DNA of 64,000 bases from an uncultured Actinomycetota bacterium (GCA_963738535.1 CAVTXB010000004.1:110916-174915); one strand, 5' to 3'; shown: positions 29,936-40,904, counted from the stretch's first letter. Notes: a model not told the origin generated them from the sequence alone. Numbers and translations: made by a program.

Positions 29936-30722
29936 AGACCCGAGGGCTCGCGCGATGCCAGGTGAAGCGGGGGTCGGTGCGCGCGAGAAACGCCGCCGCA
30001 CCGATCGCCGGGTCGTCGCTGCGCGCGGCCTCCCCCAGCCAGAACTGCAGGCGCTCGGCCACGGTCGACGGCGTCGCATGCTCGGCGAGCAAGTCCACGA
30101 GCTCCTTCATGGAGTTCGTGGACAGCTGCGAGCGTGTCGACAGCTCGAGGGCGAACTCATCCACCGCGGTCCAGAAGTCGGCGGGCTCGATGACCCGGGT
30201 CACCATCCCAAACTCGTACGCTCGGCCGGCGTCGATGAGTTCGCCCGTCAGCAGCAGGAGCTTCGCCACGGCGGGTCCGGCTATCGTGACCAGTCGCCGG
30301 ATCCCCGAGAGCGGATACACGATCCCGATGCGAGCCGGTGTAACGCCGAATGTCGCGCGCGATGACGCGATGCGGATGTCGCAGGCGCCGGCGATCTCCC
30401 ACCCGCCGCCCACGCAGAAGCCGTCGATCGCCGCGATGGTCGGCTTCGGGAAGGCTGCGATCGCGTCCTCCGCTTCGGTCACCCATCCGCCGTCCGTCGG
30501 TCCCTCGAAAATGGCCGGAAGATCACGGATGTCGGCACCCGACGAGAAGTTGTCGCCGGCGCCTCGAATGACCAGCACCTTCACGCCGGGGTCGGCAGCC
30601 AGCCGATCGAGAATCGGGGCGAACTGCTGCCACATCTCGAGCGTGAGCGAGTTGCGCCGGGCCGCATTGTCGATCGTCAGGGTGGCGACACCGGAGGCGG
30701 CCACTGCGCCGACCCGCGGCAT
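29934..30722 (-). CDS. Enoyl-CoA hydratase/isomerase (crotonase) family protein
   Basis: FSSGADI and KPTIAAIDGFCVGGGWEIAGACDIR motifs. Confidence 0.88.
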   Translation of the reverse strand: MPRVGAVAASGVATLTIDNAARRNSLTLEMWQQFAPILDRLAADPGVKVLVIRGAGDNFSSGADIRDLPAIFEGPTDGGWVTEAEDAIAAFPKPTIAAIDGFCVGGGWEIAGACDIRIASSRATFGVTPARIGIVYPLSGIRRLVTIAGPAVAKLLLLTGELIDAGRAYEFGMVTRVIEPADFWTAVDEFALELSTRSQLSTNSMKELVDLLAEHATPSTVAERLQFWLGEAARSDDPAIGAAAFLARTDPRFTWHRASPRV

Positions 30723-30724
30723 CC

Positions 30725-31963
30725 TCAGGCCCCTGCTGCTGCCGGCAGGCCGGCCGTCGAGGCGCTGGTGCGCACGACCCCCGCCTCGACCAGCCCGGCG
30801 ACCTGCTCATCGGTCAGGCCCAGGCCGGCGAGCACCGCGAGCGTGTCTTGTCCGAGGCCCGGTGGCGGTTTGCGGATGATCGTGGGCGAGCCGTTCACCG
30901 ACAGTGGTCCTCGCAGCAGCGGAAGGTCGCTGCCGTCGGGCCGCACCACGTGCTGCACCATGTCGAGGTGCACCACCTGGGGGTCCGCGAACGCCTGGGC
31001 GTAGTTGTAGATGGGGCCGACGGGGATGCCCGCGGTGCGCAGCTCATCCACCCACTCGAGACCGGATCGCGTGGCCAGCAGCTGCTCCAGCCGCTCCTTC
31101 ACGCCATCCCGGTTGCGGGTGCGATCCTTGCCGGTCGCGAACTGTGGGTCGGCCGCGAGCTGCGGGTCGCCCAGCAGCTCGCACAGGTCGCGCCAGTGCT
31201 TGTCGGTTCCCGCGGCGATGATGATCGGGATGTCTGCGGTTGCGAACACCCCGTAGGGCACCAGCACGGGATGGTTGTTGCCTTGCGGGGTCGGGATCTC
31301 GCCCGTGCTGAGGTAGCGCTGGCCCTGGAACACCGAAACCGCGAGCGCGGCCTCGAGCAGCGAGGTCGACACCTCGAGCCCATTGCCCGACCGCTCGCGG
31401 CCGACGAGAGCTGCCGCGATGCCGAACGCCGTGAAGATGCCGGCGTAGATGTCCACGATCGGAAGGCCGACCCGGTACATCTCGTCGACGTTCTCGCCCG
31501 TCACCGACATGATGCCCGACATGCCCTGGGCGACCTGGTCGAGGCCGGCGGTCTGGCTGAGCGGGCCGGTCGCGCCGAATCCGCTCACCGACGCGATGAT
31601 GAGCGACGGCTTCTCGGCTCTCAGCGATTCGGGGTCGAGCCCGATCTCGGCCATCACGCCGGGCCTGAAGTTCTCGATCACCACGTCTGCGGCGAGCGCG
31701 AGTTGTCGAAGCAGCGCCTGCCCCTCGGGCTGGTAGAAGTCGAGTGCGATCGACGACTTGCCCCGGTTGACGGAGTCGAAGTAGAGGCTGTGCTCCCCTT
31801 CGAAGGGCGGCCAGCCGCGGGTCGAGTCGCCGCCTTTGATGCTCTCGACTTTCGTGATCGTCGCACCCAGGTCGGAAAGGAGCGCCGTGGCGTACGGACC
31901 GGCGAGTGCCCGGCTTAGGTCGAGCACGGTGATGCCGGCGAGGGGCAGGGCTGCGTCAGCCAT
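30725..31963 (-). CDS. CaiB/BaiF class III CoA-transferase
   Basis: VLDLSRALAGPY, NRGKSS, ENFRPG and SGFGATGP motifs. Confidence 0.9.
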   Translation of the reverse strand: MADAALPLAGITVLDLSRALAGPYATALLSDLGATITKVESIKGGDSTRGWPPFEGEHSLYFDSVNRGKSSIALDFYQPEGQALLRQLALAADVVIENFRPGVMAEIGLDPESLRAEKPSLIIASVSGFGATGPLSQTAGLDQVAQGMSGIMSVTGENVDEMYRVGLPIVDIYAGIFTAFGIAAALVGRERSGNGLEVSTSLLEAALAVSVFQGQRYLSTGEIPTPQGNNHPVLVPYGVFATADIPIIIAAGTDKHWRDLCELLGDPQLAADPQFATGKDRTRNRDGVKERLEQLLATRSGLEWVDELRTAGIPVGPIYNYAQAFADPQVVHLDMVQHVVRPDGSDLPLLRGPLSVNGSPTIIRKPPPGLGQDTLAVLAGLGLTDEQVAGLVEAGVVRTSASTAGLPAAAGA

Positions 31964-31965
31964 GC

Positions 31966-33475
31966 TCAGCCGCGCAGCCGGATGTTGACCTGCTTGGTCT
32001 GGGTGAAGCCGGCCAGCATCCCCTCGAGCGAGACCTCGCGACCGATGCCGCTCTGCTTGTATCCGCCGTACGACTGGCCGACGATCTGCCCGCCGCCCTG
32101 GTTGACCTGGATCCAGCCGGCCTCGACGCGGTTCGCCGTATTGATGGCGTTGTCGAGGTCGTGGCTCCATACGTAGGCGGCGAGGCCGTAGCTCGAGTCG
32201 TTGGCCATGCGCACGACGTCGTCGACGTCACGCCACGGGATGGCGACGAGCACCGGGCCGAAGATCTCTTCGCGCGCCAGCCGGAACTCGTTGCGCGCCC
32301 CCGCGAACACCGTGGGCAGGTGGTAGTAGCCCTCGGTGAGTGGCCCGTCGACGGGTGCGCTGCCACCGAGCGCCACCGACATGTCTTTGCTCGTTCGTCC
32401 TTCCACGAGGTACTCGTCGATGGATGCGTGCTGCTTCGCGTTGATCACCGCGCCCATGTCGCTCGCCTCGTCGAGCGGATCACCCACCGTCATCGCACCG
32501 AGCTTGGCGACGAGCCGCTCGAGCACCTCGTCGTAGACGTCTTCGTGCAGGAAAAGCCGGGAACCGGCCGTGCAGCTCTGGCCCTGCCGGGCGAACCGGG
32601 AGGCGAGCAGCAGACCGTCGATGAGTTCGTCGTCGACGGCGTCGGGGAAGACGATCGACGGGTTCTTGCCGCCGAGCTCCAGGGAGACGTGCGCCAGCCG
32701 CTCGCCGGCCTGTCGGGCCACTCCCCGGCCGACCTCGGTGGAGCCGGTGAACGACACCTTGTCGACGCCGGGATGCTCGGCGAGCGCGGACCCGATGACG
32801 CTGCCGCGGCCGGTGAGCGCGTTGACGACGCCTGCGGGGAGGTGCCGGTTGCACACCTCGGCGAGCAGCAGGATGGTCAGCGGGGCGTCATCCGCGGCTT
32901 TCAGGATGACCGTGTTGCCGGCCGCGAGCGCCGCGGGCACCTTGAAGCCGGCGATCATCAGCGGGGAGTTCCACGGGAGGATGCACGCGACGACGCCGAG
33001 CGGCTCGAGACGCGTGTACTGCAGCTGGCTGTCGCCGGCGGGCAGCACCGTGCCTTTCACCTCGCCGGCGATGCCGGAGAAGTAGCGGAAAAGCGCCACC
33101 AGAGTGGTGACCTCGGGCCGCGCCTGCGTGCGCAGCGCATTGCCGGTGTCGAGCGCGGTCAAGCCGGGCGAACTGGTCGGCGTTCGCCTCGATGTCGTCG
33201 GCGATCAGAGCCAGCGCCCTGGCCCGCTCGGTGAAGTGCCGGGCGCGCCAGGCCGGGAAGGCCGCGTGCGCCGCGGCGACCGCGCGGTCGACATCCTCGA
33301 GACCGGCGGACGGCACCCGTGTGATGACGGATCCGCGATGCGCGGGATTGAGCACGTCGCGCCACTCGCCCGTGCTGGAGGCGACGCGTTCGCCGTTGAT
33401 CCACATGGGCTGGTCGGCGCCGGTTGTGGTTGAGGTCGTGTCGATGGGGGTGTCGAAGGTCGTGGTGTCGGTCAT
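31966..33475 (-). CDS. Aldehyde dehydrogenase (not MmsA-type), +1 frameshift near 33161
   Basis: PWNSP, FTGSTEVG, LELGGKNP, GQSCTAG and EEIFGPV; N-terminus lies in ORF 32888..33475. Confidence 0.85.
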
Positions 33476-33520
33476 TGTGCGTGTTCCGATTCGGTCGGGG
33501 GTTGCGGTTTGTGCGCGGTA

Positions 33521-34297
33521 CTACTGGTTGGTGAAGCGGGGCGCACGCTTCTCGATGAAGGCGAGCATCCCCTCTTTCTGGTCTTCGGTGGCGAAGGTGG
33601 AGTGGAAGACTCGTCGTTCGAAGCGAAGGCCTGCGGCAAGCTCATTCTCGTAGGCCGCGTTAACGACCTCCTTGGCCATCATCGCGATCGGAAGCGACAT
33701 GGCGGCGATCGTCGCCGCAGTCGCCCGTGCGTCGGCGAGCAGGTCGTCGGCGGGCACCACGCGTGCAACGAGACCGGCGCGCTCGGCCTCGGCGGCGTCG
33801 ATGGTGCGGCCGGTGAGGATCATCTCCATGGCCTTCGCCTTGCCGACTGCCCGGGTCAGACGCTGGGACCCGCCGATGCCGGGGATGACGCCCAGCTTGA
33901 TCTCGGGCTGGCCGAACTTCGCCGTGTCCGCCGCGATGATGAAGTCGCAGAGCAGTGCGAGTTCGCACCCGCCGCCGAGGGCGTGCCCGGCGACCGCGGC
34001 GATGACGGGTGTTCGCACCGCTGCCAGTCGGTCCCAGCCCGCGAACCAGTCGGCGAGATACATGTCGATGAAGCTCTTCGACGACATCTCCTTGATGTCG
34101 GCTCCTGCCGCGAAGGCTCGTGCCGACCCGGTGATCACGATCGCCCCGACGCCGGGGTCCTGGTCGAAGGCGGTAGCTGCCGCGACGACGTCGGCGAGCA
34201 TGCCGGAGTTGAGGGCGTTGAGCGCTTCCGGACGGTTGAGCGTGATTACTCCGACCCGGTCGTGCTGCTCGACGAGGATGGTGTCGTAGTCGGTCAC
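33521..34297 (-). CDS. Enoyl-CoA hydratase (EchA8-like)
   Basis: [17 protein letters not shown] and FGQPEIKLG; both catalytic Glu present. Confidence 0.92.
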   Translation of the reverse strand: MTDYDTILVEQHDRVGVITLNRPEALNALNSGMLADVVAAATAFDQDPGVGAIVITGSARAFAAGADIKEMSSKSFIDMYLADWFAGWDRLAAVRTPVIAAVAGHALGGGCELALLCDFIIAADTAKFGQPEIKLGVIPGIGGSQRLTRAVGKAKAMEMILTGRTIDAAEAERAGLVARVVPADDLLADARATAATIAAMSLPIAMMAKEVVNAAYENELAAGLRFERRVFHSTFATEDQKEGMLAFIEKRAPRFTNQ

Positions 34298-35193
34298 GCG
34301 GCGGCCTCCGAGTTGGCCCGGATGGTGTTGATGATGGCCGAGAAATCCTGGCCCGCGCCGCCCTCGTCGGCGAACCGCCGGTAGATCGTCGCCGCCAGCG
34401 TGCCCAGCTCGCCCTGCACGCCGGTGGACTGCAGCGCGTTCAGCGCGAGACCCAGGTCCTTCGCCATCAGCGCCCCGGCGAATCCGGGCTGGTAGTCACG
34501 GTTCGCGGGGCTGGTCGGCACCGGACCGGGGACGGGGCAGTTCGTCGTCAGCGCCCAGCACTGGCCGGAGGCGGCGGAGGCAACGTCGAAGAGCGCCTGG
34601 TTCGTGAGGCCGAGTTTCTCGCCCAGCACGAAGGCCTCGCTCACCGCGATCATCGAGATTCCGAGGATCATGTTGTTGCAGACCTTCGCGGCCTGGCCGG
34701 CGCCCGAACTGCCGCAGTGCACCACGCGGCCGCCCATAACCTGCAGGATCGGTTCGGCAGTGGCGAAGTCGTCCGCCTCCGCACCCACCATGAACGTGAG
34801 CGTGCCGGCCTCGGCTCCGGTCACGCCGCCCGACACCGGCGCGTCGATGCCGCGATGGCCCGCCGCGACCACCAGCTCACGCGCCGCGCGCGCGTCTGCC
34901 ACGTCGATGGTCGACGAGTCGATGAACAGCGTGTCCGGCCCGGCGGCCGCGATGAGCTCGTCGCGATACGCGCCGAGCACGTGCTGGCCCGCGGGCAGCA
35001 TCGTGATGACGACCGATGATCCCGCCACCGCCTCCGCGCCGCTGGTCGCAACCGTCACGCCGTGCTCGCGCGCGTGGTCGAGCGCCGCAGGAACGAAGTC
35101 GAACCCGGCGACCTCGTAGCCCGCCTTCACGAGATTGGCCGCCATGGGGCCGCCCATGTTTCCGAGGCCGATGAATGCGATTCGAACGCTCAT
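34294..35193 (-). CDS. mmsB: 3-hydroxyisobutyrate dehydrogenase
   Basis: [29 protein letters not shown] and NCPVPG motifs. Confidence 0.92.
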   Translation of the reverse strand: MSVRIAFIGLGNMGGPMAANLVKAGYEVAGFDFVPAALDHAREHGVTVATSGAEAVAGSSVVITMLPAGQHVLGAYRDELIAAAGPDTLFIDSSTIDVADARAARELVVAAGHRGIDAPVSGGVTGAEAGTLTFMVGAEADDFATAEPILQVMGGRVVHCGSSGAGQAAKVCNNMILGISMIAVSEAFVLGEKLGLTNQALFDVASAASGQCWALTTNCPVPGPVPTSPANRDYQPGFAGALMAKDLGLALNALQSTGVQGELGTLAATIYRRFADEGGAGQDFSAIINTIRANSEAAA

Positions 35194-36290
35194 GACGTGC
35201 TCCAACCCTGTTGCCCGAGGGGTGTCGACGCCGACACCCCGAGTTCGCCGGTTGTGCCCGGCGCGAAATAGCTTTCGACATCATCCCGCGTTACCTGCGC
35301 GAGGGTCGACGGCGACCAGCGCGGGGCGCGATCCTTGTCGATGACCTGCGCCCGGATGCCCTCGGACATCTCGGTTCCGGCGGCGAAGTGAAGCGACACC
35401 CGGTATTCGGTGTCGAGTACCTCGGCGAGCGTCGGGGTGGCGCGCGCTCGGCGCAGGGATTCGAGCGTCACCGCCACCGCCGTCGGCGACTTCGAGCGGA
35501 TGACCTCGGCGGCGGCGCGCGCCTCGGCCGACGACGAGCGGTCGAGGCGGTCGAGGATTTCGAGCGCGTCGTCGGATGAGTAGCATTCGTCGATCCACGG
35601 TCTCGCCGCGGCCAGACTCGAGGGCGGCGCATCCGAGGCGAAGCGCAGCAGGGCATCGGATGCCGACATCGACGCCAGGGCCTCGACGAACTCGTCGAGG
35701 CGGTCGCTCGCCACGAAGTGGTCGGCGAGTCCGAGCTCGATGCCGTCTGCTCCCGTGAAACTGCCGCCGGTGAGACCCGCGTGCGTGCCGAGCTCGCCGG
35801 GGGCTCGTGACAGCAGCCACGTTCCGCCGACGTCGGGCACGAATCCGATTCCCACCTCGGGCATGCCGATCTTCGTCCGTTCGGTGACGATCCGCACCGA
35901 CCCGTGGGCGGAAACGCCCACACCGCCGCCGAGCACCACGCCGTCCATGATCGCCACGTAGGGCTTCGGGTACTCGGCGATGGCGAGGTTGAGAGCATAT
36001 TCGCGCGCCCAGAACGTCGCGGCGCCCGCTGTGTCCTCCTTGATCGCGCGATACAGCGAGACGATGTCGCCGCCGGCGCACAGGCCGCGGTCGCCCGCAC
36101 CGGTGATCACGACGGTCTCGACCCGGGGGTCGTCGCGCCAGGCGTCGAGCTGGCCGGCCATCGCGCTCACCATCCCGAACGTCAGTGAGTTCATCGCGCG
36201 CGGCCGGTTGAGCAGGATGTGCCCGAGCGCGCCGTCGCGCGAGAACAGGATCTCTGCCGGGGCCGGCGCATCGCCGTCGAGAGTCGCCAT
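35190..36290 (-). CDS. 3-hydroxyisobutyryl-CoA hydrolase (EchA9-like)
   Basis: CAGGDI, MPEVGIGFVPDVG and EGIRAQVIDKDR motifs. Confidence 0.88.
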   Translation of the reverse strand: MATLDGDAPAPAEILFSRDGALGHILLNRPRAMNSLTFGMVSAMAGQLDAWRDDPRVETVVITGAGDRGLCAGGDIVSLYRAIKEDTAGAATFWAREYALNLAIAEYPKPYVAIMDGVVLGGGVGVSAHGSVRIVTERTKIGMPEVGIGFVPDVGGTWLLSRAPGELGTHAGLTGGSFTGADGIELGLADHFVASDRLDEFVEALASMSASDALLRFASDAPPSSLAAARPWIDECYSSDDALEILDRLDRSSSAEARAAAEVIRSKSPTAVAVTLESLRRARATPTLAEVLDTEYRVSLHFAAGTEMSEGIRAQVIDKDRAPRWSPSTLAQVTRDDVESYFAPGTTGELGVSASTPLGQQGWSTS

Positions 36291-36292
36291 GC

Positions 36293-37429
36293 TTACGCCT
36301 CCACCAGTGATCGACCCACGATCAGCCGCATGATTTCGTTGGTGCCTTCGAGGATCTGGTGCACGCGGAGGTCGCGCACAATCCGTTCTATCCCGTATTC
36401 CGACAGGTAGCCATAGCCGCCGTGAAGTTGGAGGGCGGCGTTCGCCACGGTGAAGCCCGCGTCGGTGGCCACCAGTTTGGCCATCGCACAGAGACGAACC
36501 AGGTCGGCAGCCTTGCTGTCCATCGCGTCGGCCGCTCGGTGCAGGAGTGTGCGGGCCGACTCGAGCTGCGTATCCATGTCGGCGAGCTGGAACAGCAGTG
36601 CGGGATTCTGGATGAGCGGCTTGCCGAACGCGACGCGTTCGCCGAGATAGCGCACGGTCTGGTCGAGCGCGGCCTGGCCCCCTCCGAGCGAACAGGCTCC
36701 CATGTTCACGCGTCCGCCGTTGAGGCCGGTCATGGCAATGGGGAACCCGTCGCCTTCCGCCGAGAGCAGGTTGGCCGCCGGGATCCGCACATCCTCGAGG
36801 ATCACCTGGCGGGTCGGCTGCGCGTGCCAGCCCATCTTCTTCTCCAGCGGGCCGAACGACAGGCCGGGGGTGCCGTCGGGCACGATGAATGCGCTGATTC
36901 CTTTGCTGCCGGTATCGGCCGTTCGCGCCATCACGACATACACCGCCGAGGTGCCCGCGCCCGAGATGAACTGCTTGACGCCGGTGAGCACGTAGTCGTC
37001 GCCGTCACGAACCGCGCGCGTCGACAGCGCCGCGGCGTCGGAGCCGGCGCCCGGCTCGGTCAGGCAGTAGCTGCCCAGTGCCTCCATGCTCGCCAGCTGT
37101 GGCACCCACTCGGCGCGCTGCAGGTCGTTGCCGTAGGTGTCGATCATCCACGCCACCATGTTGTGGATCGAGATGTAGGCGGCGATCGTGGTGTCGCCCT
37201 TGGCGAGCTCCTCGAAGATGAGCACGGAGTCGGCGCGACTGAGCCCGGATCCCCCGAAGTCTTCCCTGACGTAGATTCCCCCCATGCCGAGTTCCCCGGC
37301 TTTGCGCAGCACGTCGACGGGAAAGTGGTGGGTCTCATCCCACTCCGCCGCGTGCGGTGCGAGTTCGTCGGTCGCGAACTGCCGCACCATCTGCACGATG
37401 GAGCGCTGGTCTTCGGTGACTGCGTACAT
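36293..37429 (-). CDS. Isobutyryl-CoA dehydrogenase-like acyl-CoA dehydrogenase (FadE9-like)
   Basis: YISIHNM, YCLTEPGAGSDA and RVHQILEGTNEIMR motifs. Confidence 0.9.
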   Translation of the reverse strand: MYAVTEDQRSIVQMVRQFATDELAPHAAEWDETHHFPVDVLRKAGELGMGGIYVREDFGGSGLSRADSVLIFEELAKGDTTIAAYISIHNMVAWMIDTYGNDLQRAEWVPQLASMEALGSYCLTEPGAGSDAAALSTRAVRDGDDYVLTGVKQFISGAGTSAVYVVMARTADTGSKGISAFIVPDGTPGLSFGPLEKKMGWHAQPTRQVILEDVRIPAANLLSAEGDGFPIAMTGLNGGRVNMGACSLGGGQAALDQTVRYLGERVAFGKPLIQNPALLFQLADMDTQLESARTLLHRAADAMDSKAADLVRLCAMAKLVATDAGFTVANAALQLHGGYGYLSEYGIERIVRDLRVHQILEGTNEIMRLIVGRSLVEA

Positions 37430-37480
37430 ATCCGGCTTCTCTCACGCTCGAGCGGGCCGAGCACGTCGGCGCCGGCGAAT

Positions 37481-37529
37481 TTAGTAGGACATCCAACTAA
37501 AACACTAAATTACTAGGACATCCAAGTAA
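37481..37529. promoter_or_regulatory. Two tandem 20-bp near-palindromes TTA(G/C)TAGGACATCCAA(C/G)TAA (putative MarR operator)
   Basis: Copies at 37481-37500 and 37510-37529 in the divergent promoter. Confidence 0.7.
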
Positions 37530-37615
37530 ATGGTGCCGTTGGGCCGCACGATTTCGGCGAAGATAGAAAATGCGGACGGACGATGCTCATCGCAGAGCAT
37601 GGAGGGCGATCAACG

Positions 37616-39343
37616 ATGTCAACTGAGGCTGCAGTATCGAACCACGCGAGTATCGGCGACTACCGGGCCGTGCGCGACCGGCTGGTGGAGCAGCGCGACG
37701 ACTACACCGCCGCCATCCGGTCGTTCCACTGGCCGGATGTCGGACCCACCTTCAACTGGGCGGTCGACTGGTTCGACGAGATCGCCCGGGGCAACGACGG
37801 GGAGGCGCTCGTCATCGTCGAGGAGGACGGCTCGCGCACCCGGCGCACCTTCCATGAGATGTCCGTGCGCTCCGACCAGCTCGCCGTGTGGCTGGGCCGG
37901 GCGGGTGTCGCCCGGGGCGACTCCGTGCTGCTGATGCTCGGCAACCAGGTCGAGCTCTGGGAGTCGATGCTCGCGATCATGAAGCTCGGCGCCGTGATCG
38001 TACCGACCACGACGGCGGTCGGCGGATCCGACCTCGTCGACCGGCTCGAGCGCAGTCGCGCACGGCACGTCATCGCCGCCGCGAGCGCCACCGACAAGTT
38101 CGCGGACCTGGCGGCCGCCTACACCCTGGTGCGTGTGGGTGGCGGTGACCCATCGTGGCTCGACTACGAGGACGCATTCACCGGGTCGAGCGAGCGGCCG
38201 CCCCACCCCGGCACCGCACCGGGCGACCCGCTGCTGCTCTACTTCACCTCGGGAACCACCACCCGGCCGAAGCTCGTCGAGCACACCCAGGTCTCGTACC
38301 CGGTCGGCCACCTGTCGACGATGTACTGGCTGGGACTTCGGCCCGGCGACATCCACCTGGCGATCAGCTCCCCCGGCTGGGCGAAGCACGCCTGGAGCTG
38401 CTTCTTCGCGCCGTGGATCGCAGAGGCGACCATCTTCGTCTACAACTACGCCCGCTTCGATGCGGCGTCGCTGCTCGGTCAGATCCGCGCGGAGGGCGTC
38501 ACCTCGTTCTGCGCGCCCCCCACGGTCTGGCGCATGCTCATCCAGGCCGACCTGTCCGGCGGGCCCGGCGCGCTTCGGGAGGCGATCTCGGCGGGTGAGC
38601 CACTCAACCCCGAGGTCATCAGCCAGGTTCGTGACCACTGGGGGCTGACGATTCGCGACGGCTACGGCCAGACCGAGATGACCGCCGTGGTCGCGAACTC
38701 CCCGGGCAACCCCGTGAAGGACGGCTCGATGGGGCGACCGATGCCGGGCTGCCCGATCGTGCTCGTCGACCCGATCACCGGGCTGCTGGCCGACGAGGGC
38801 GAGATCTGCGTCGACCTCTCGCAGCACCCGATGAACCTCATGACCGAGTATGTCGGCGCGCCCGAACGCAACGCCGAGGCCATGGCCGGCGGTTTCTACC
38901 ACACCGGGGATGTCGCGACCCGGGACGCCGACGGGTACATCACCTACATCGGCCGCACCGACGATGTCTTCAAGGCGTCGGATTACAAGATCAGCCCATT
39001 CGAACTCGAGAGCGTGCTCATCGAGCATCCGGCCGTCGTCGAGGCCGCCATCGTTCCCGCACCCGACGCCGTCCGGCTGGCCGTGCCCAAGGCGTACGTG
39101 GTGCTCGCGGCCGGATACGACCCCACGACCGAGACTGCGCTCGACATCCTGGGCTTCGCGCGCGAGCGGCTCGCGCCGTTCCAGCGCATCCGGCGAATCG
39201 AGTTCATGGAGCTTCCGAAGACGATCTCGGGCAAGATCCGCCGGGTCGAACTGCGCGAGCGAGAGCAGCAGGTGGTCGACGGCCTGGTCACACCAACCGA
39301 GTGGCGGGACGATGCGCTGGCGGGGAAATCCGGCGGCGCGTGA
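37616..39343 (+). CDS. Short/branched-chain acyl-CoA synthetase (AMP-forming)
   Basis: YFTSGTTTRPK, GYGQTE, YHTGD and PKTISGKIRR motifs. Confidence 0.9.
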   Translation: MSTEAAVSNHASIGDYRAVRDRLVEQRDDYTAAIRSFHWPDVGPTFNWAVDWFDEIARGNDGEALVIVEEDGSRTRRTFHEMSVRSDQLAVWLGRAGVARGDSVLLMLGNQVELWESMLAIMKLGAVIVPTTTAVGGSDLVDRLERSRARHVIAAASATDKFADLAAAYTLVRVGGGDPSWLDYEDAFTGSSERPPHPGTAPGDPLLLYFTSGTTTRPKLVEHTQVSYPVGHLSTMYWLGLRPGDIHLAISSPGWAKHAWSCFFAPWIAEATIFVYNYARFDAASLLGQIRAEGVTSFCAPPTVWRMLIQADLSGGPGALREAISAGEPLNPEVISQVRDHWGLTIRDGYGQTEMTAVVANSPGNPVKDGSMGRPMPGCPIVLVDPITGLLADEGEICVDLSQHPMNLMTEYVGAPERNAEAMAGGFYHTGDVATRDADGYITYIGRTDDVFKASDYKISPFELESVLIEHPAVVEAAIVPAPDAVRLAVPKAYVVLAAGYDPTTETALDILGFARERLAPFQRIRRIEFMELPKTISGKIRRVELREREQQVVDGLVTPTEWRDDALAGKSGGA

Positions 39344-40184
39344 CCAGCCACGAGCCGGCGATCACCAGCGCGAAGCCGACCACCGTCCACACCGTGACGG
39401 GCTCGCCGAGCAGCACCGCTCCGGCGAGGATGGCAACGGCCGGGTTGAGATAGGTGACCGCTGTCGCGCGCGCCGGTCCGATCTCGGCGATCAGCGCGAA
39501 GAACACGACGAACGCCAGCGCGCTGCACACGAGGGCAAGCACGATAACAGCGACGATGACCCGCGCGGACGGAATCTCCGTCGGCCAGGTGCGGGTGATC
39601 GCCACCGCAGGGATGTAGACGAGCGCGGTCAGCCCGAGCGAGAGGCCGGCAAGCCCGACGCCGGGAACCTCGCCCATCCACTTCGCGACGATGATCGGCG
39701 CCGTGGCGTACCCCACGACGGTGATGGCGATCTGCCCGACCGCGATGAGGTCGGAGCCGGCGACGTCGAAGCCGACCAGCGTTGCGACGCCGCCCATCCC
39801 GACCAGGATGCCGACCCAGTTGACGGCCGAGAATCGCTCAGTGCGACGCAGCACGACCGCTGCCCCGACGCTCACCAGGGGCACCGCGGCGAGCAGGAGC
39901 CCCGCGGTCGAGCTCGGCAGCCGCTGCTCGGCCGTGGTGAGAAAGAACCAGGGCAGCACCAGCTCGATCAGCGAGTAGGCGAGCAGCGGACGCCAGTGCA
40001 CGAGCACCCGACGGAGTTCGCCGCGCGCAGCCGACAGCGGGATGAGGATGATGGCCGCGATGGCGGACCGGGCCAGCACGATCATCTCGGGCGACAACTC
40101 CGCGACCGAGATCTTGATGAGCACGTAAGGGATGCCCCACGCGACTCCCATCACCAGGAACAGAATGAGTCCGCGTCGAGTCAC
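39288..40184 (-). CDS. DMT/EamA family transporter
   Basis: WGIPYVLIK, about ten transmembrane segments, YLNPAVA. Confidence 0.88.
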   Translation of the reverse strand: MTRRGLILFLVMGVAWGIPYVLIKISVAELSPEMIVLARSAIAAIILIPLSAARGELRRVLVHWRPLLAYSLIELVLPWFFLTTAEQRLPSSTAGLLLAAVPLVSVGAAVVLRRTERFSAVNWVGILVGMGGVATLVGFDVAGSDLIAVGQIAITVVGYATAPIIVAKWMGEVPGVGLAGLSLGLTALVYIPAVAITRTWPTEIPSARVIVAVIVLALVCSALAFVVFFALIAEIGPARATAVTYLNPAVAILAGAVLLGEPVTVWTVVGFALVIAGSWLVTRRRISPPAHRPATRLV

Positions 40185-40237
40185 GAGCCCATCCTGCCAG
40201 TCCCGTACGACAGCGAAGCGTCGCTACCCGGGTTCGA

Positions 40238-40858
40238 TCACGCGTCGTCCGAGGCGTCCGTCGATTCGGAGTCGACGGCTCTCGCTGTCTTCAGGGCGGT
40301 CGTCCACCAGTGCAGGTCGGCGAGAAGGGCATCCAGTCGGGGCACCAGTGGGGCGAGAACCTCAGCGGGATCGTGCCCCTCGGCCCGGATCGCCATCATG
40401 TGGGAGCCCAGGATGTTCACGGTCGGTCGCACGGAGGCCATGTCCAGCTCGGCGATGACCTGTCGCAGTTGCTCGATGGCTCTCGCTCCGCCCACGTTTC
40501 CGTAGCCGACGAACGCGACCGGCTTGCGCACCCATTCGACGAAGAAGTGGTCGAGCGAATTCTTGAGCGCCGCACTGAAGCCGTGGTTGTATTCGTTCGT
40601 CAGCACGATGAACCCGTCGGCGGCGTCGATCTTCTCCCCCAGCGCGCGCTCACTCGCGGTCGCGTACTGGCGCGGGGCGATGGCGGGCGGGATCGCGAGA
40701 TCGAAGGGGGGCAGCACGTGGTCCCGAAGATCCACGACCTCGAACTCGAAGTCGGGCCGACCCGCCGTTTGCTCTGTCAACCAGGCGACGGGGATGTCGG
40801 CGAACCGGGTGGGGCGGGTACTGGCCACGATGATCGCTATCCGGGGTGGGGTCTGCAT
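40238..40858 (-). CDS. NADPH-dependent FMN reductase / quinone reductase
   Basis: ASTRPTR, EYNHGFSAALKN and YGNVGGARA motifs. Confidence 0.9.
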   Translation of the reverse strand: MQTPPRIAIIVASTRPTRFADIPVAWLTEQTAGRPDFEFEVVDLRDHVLPPFDLAIPPAIAPRQYATASERALGEKIDAADGFIVLTNEYNHGFSAALKNSLDHFFVEWVRKPVAFVGYGNVGGARAIEQLRQVIAELDMASVRPTVNILGSHMMAIRAEGHDPAEVLAPLVPRLDALLADLHWWTTALKTARAVDSESTDASDDA

Positions 40859-40885
40859 ACCTCGAAACTACTACGGAATTTGTAG

Positions 40886-40904
40886 TACTTCATAATCTGA
40901 AGTA
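40886..40904. promoter_or_regulatory. Inverted repeat TACTTCA-N5-TGAAGTA (putative HxlR/DUF24 operator)
   Basis: Perfect 7-bp arms between the divergent reductase and HxlR genes. Confidence 0.62.

Noticed and set aside
39288-39343. 56-bp convergent overlap of the acyl-CoA synthetase and DMT genes
   Set aside because: Short tail-to-tail overlaps are common in high-GC genomes; no support for a regulatory role
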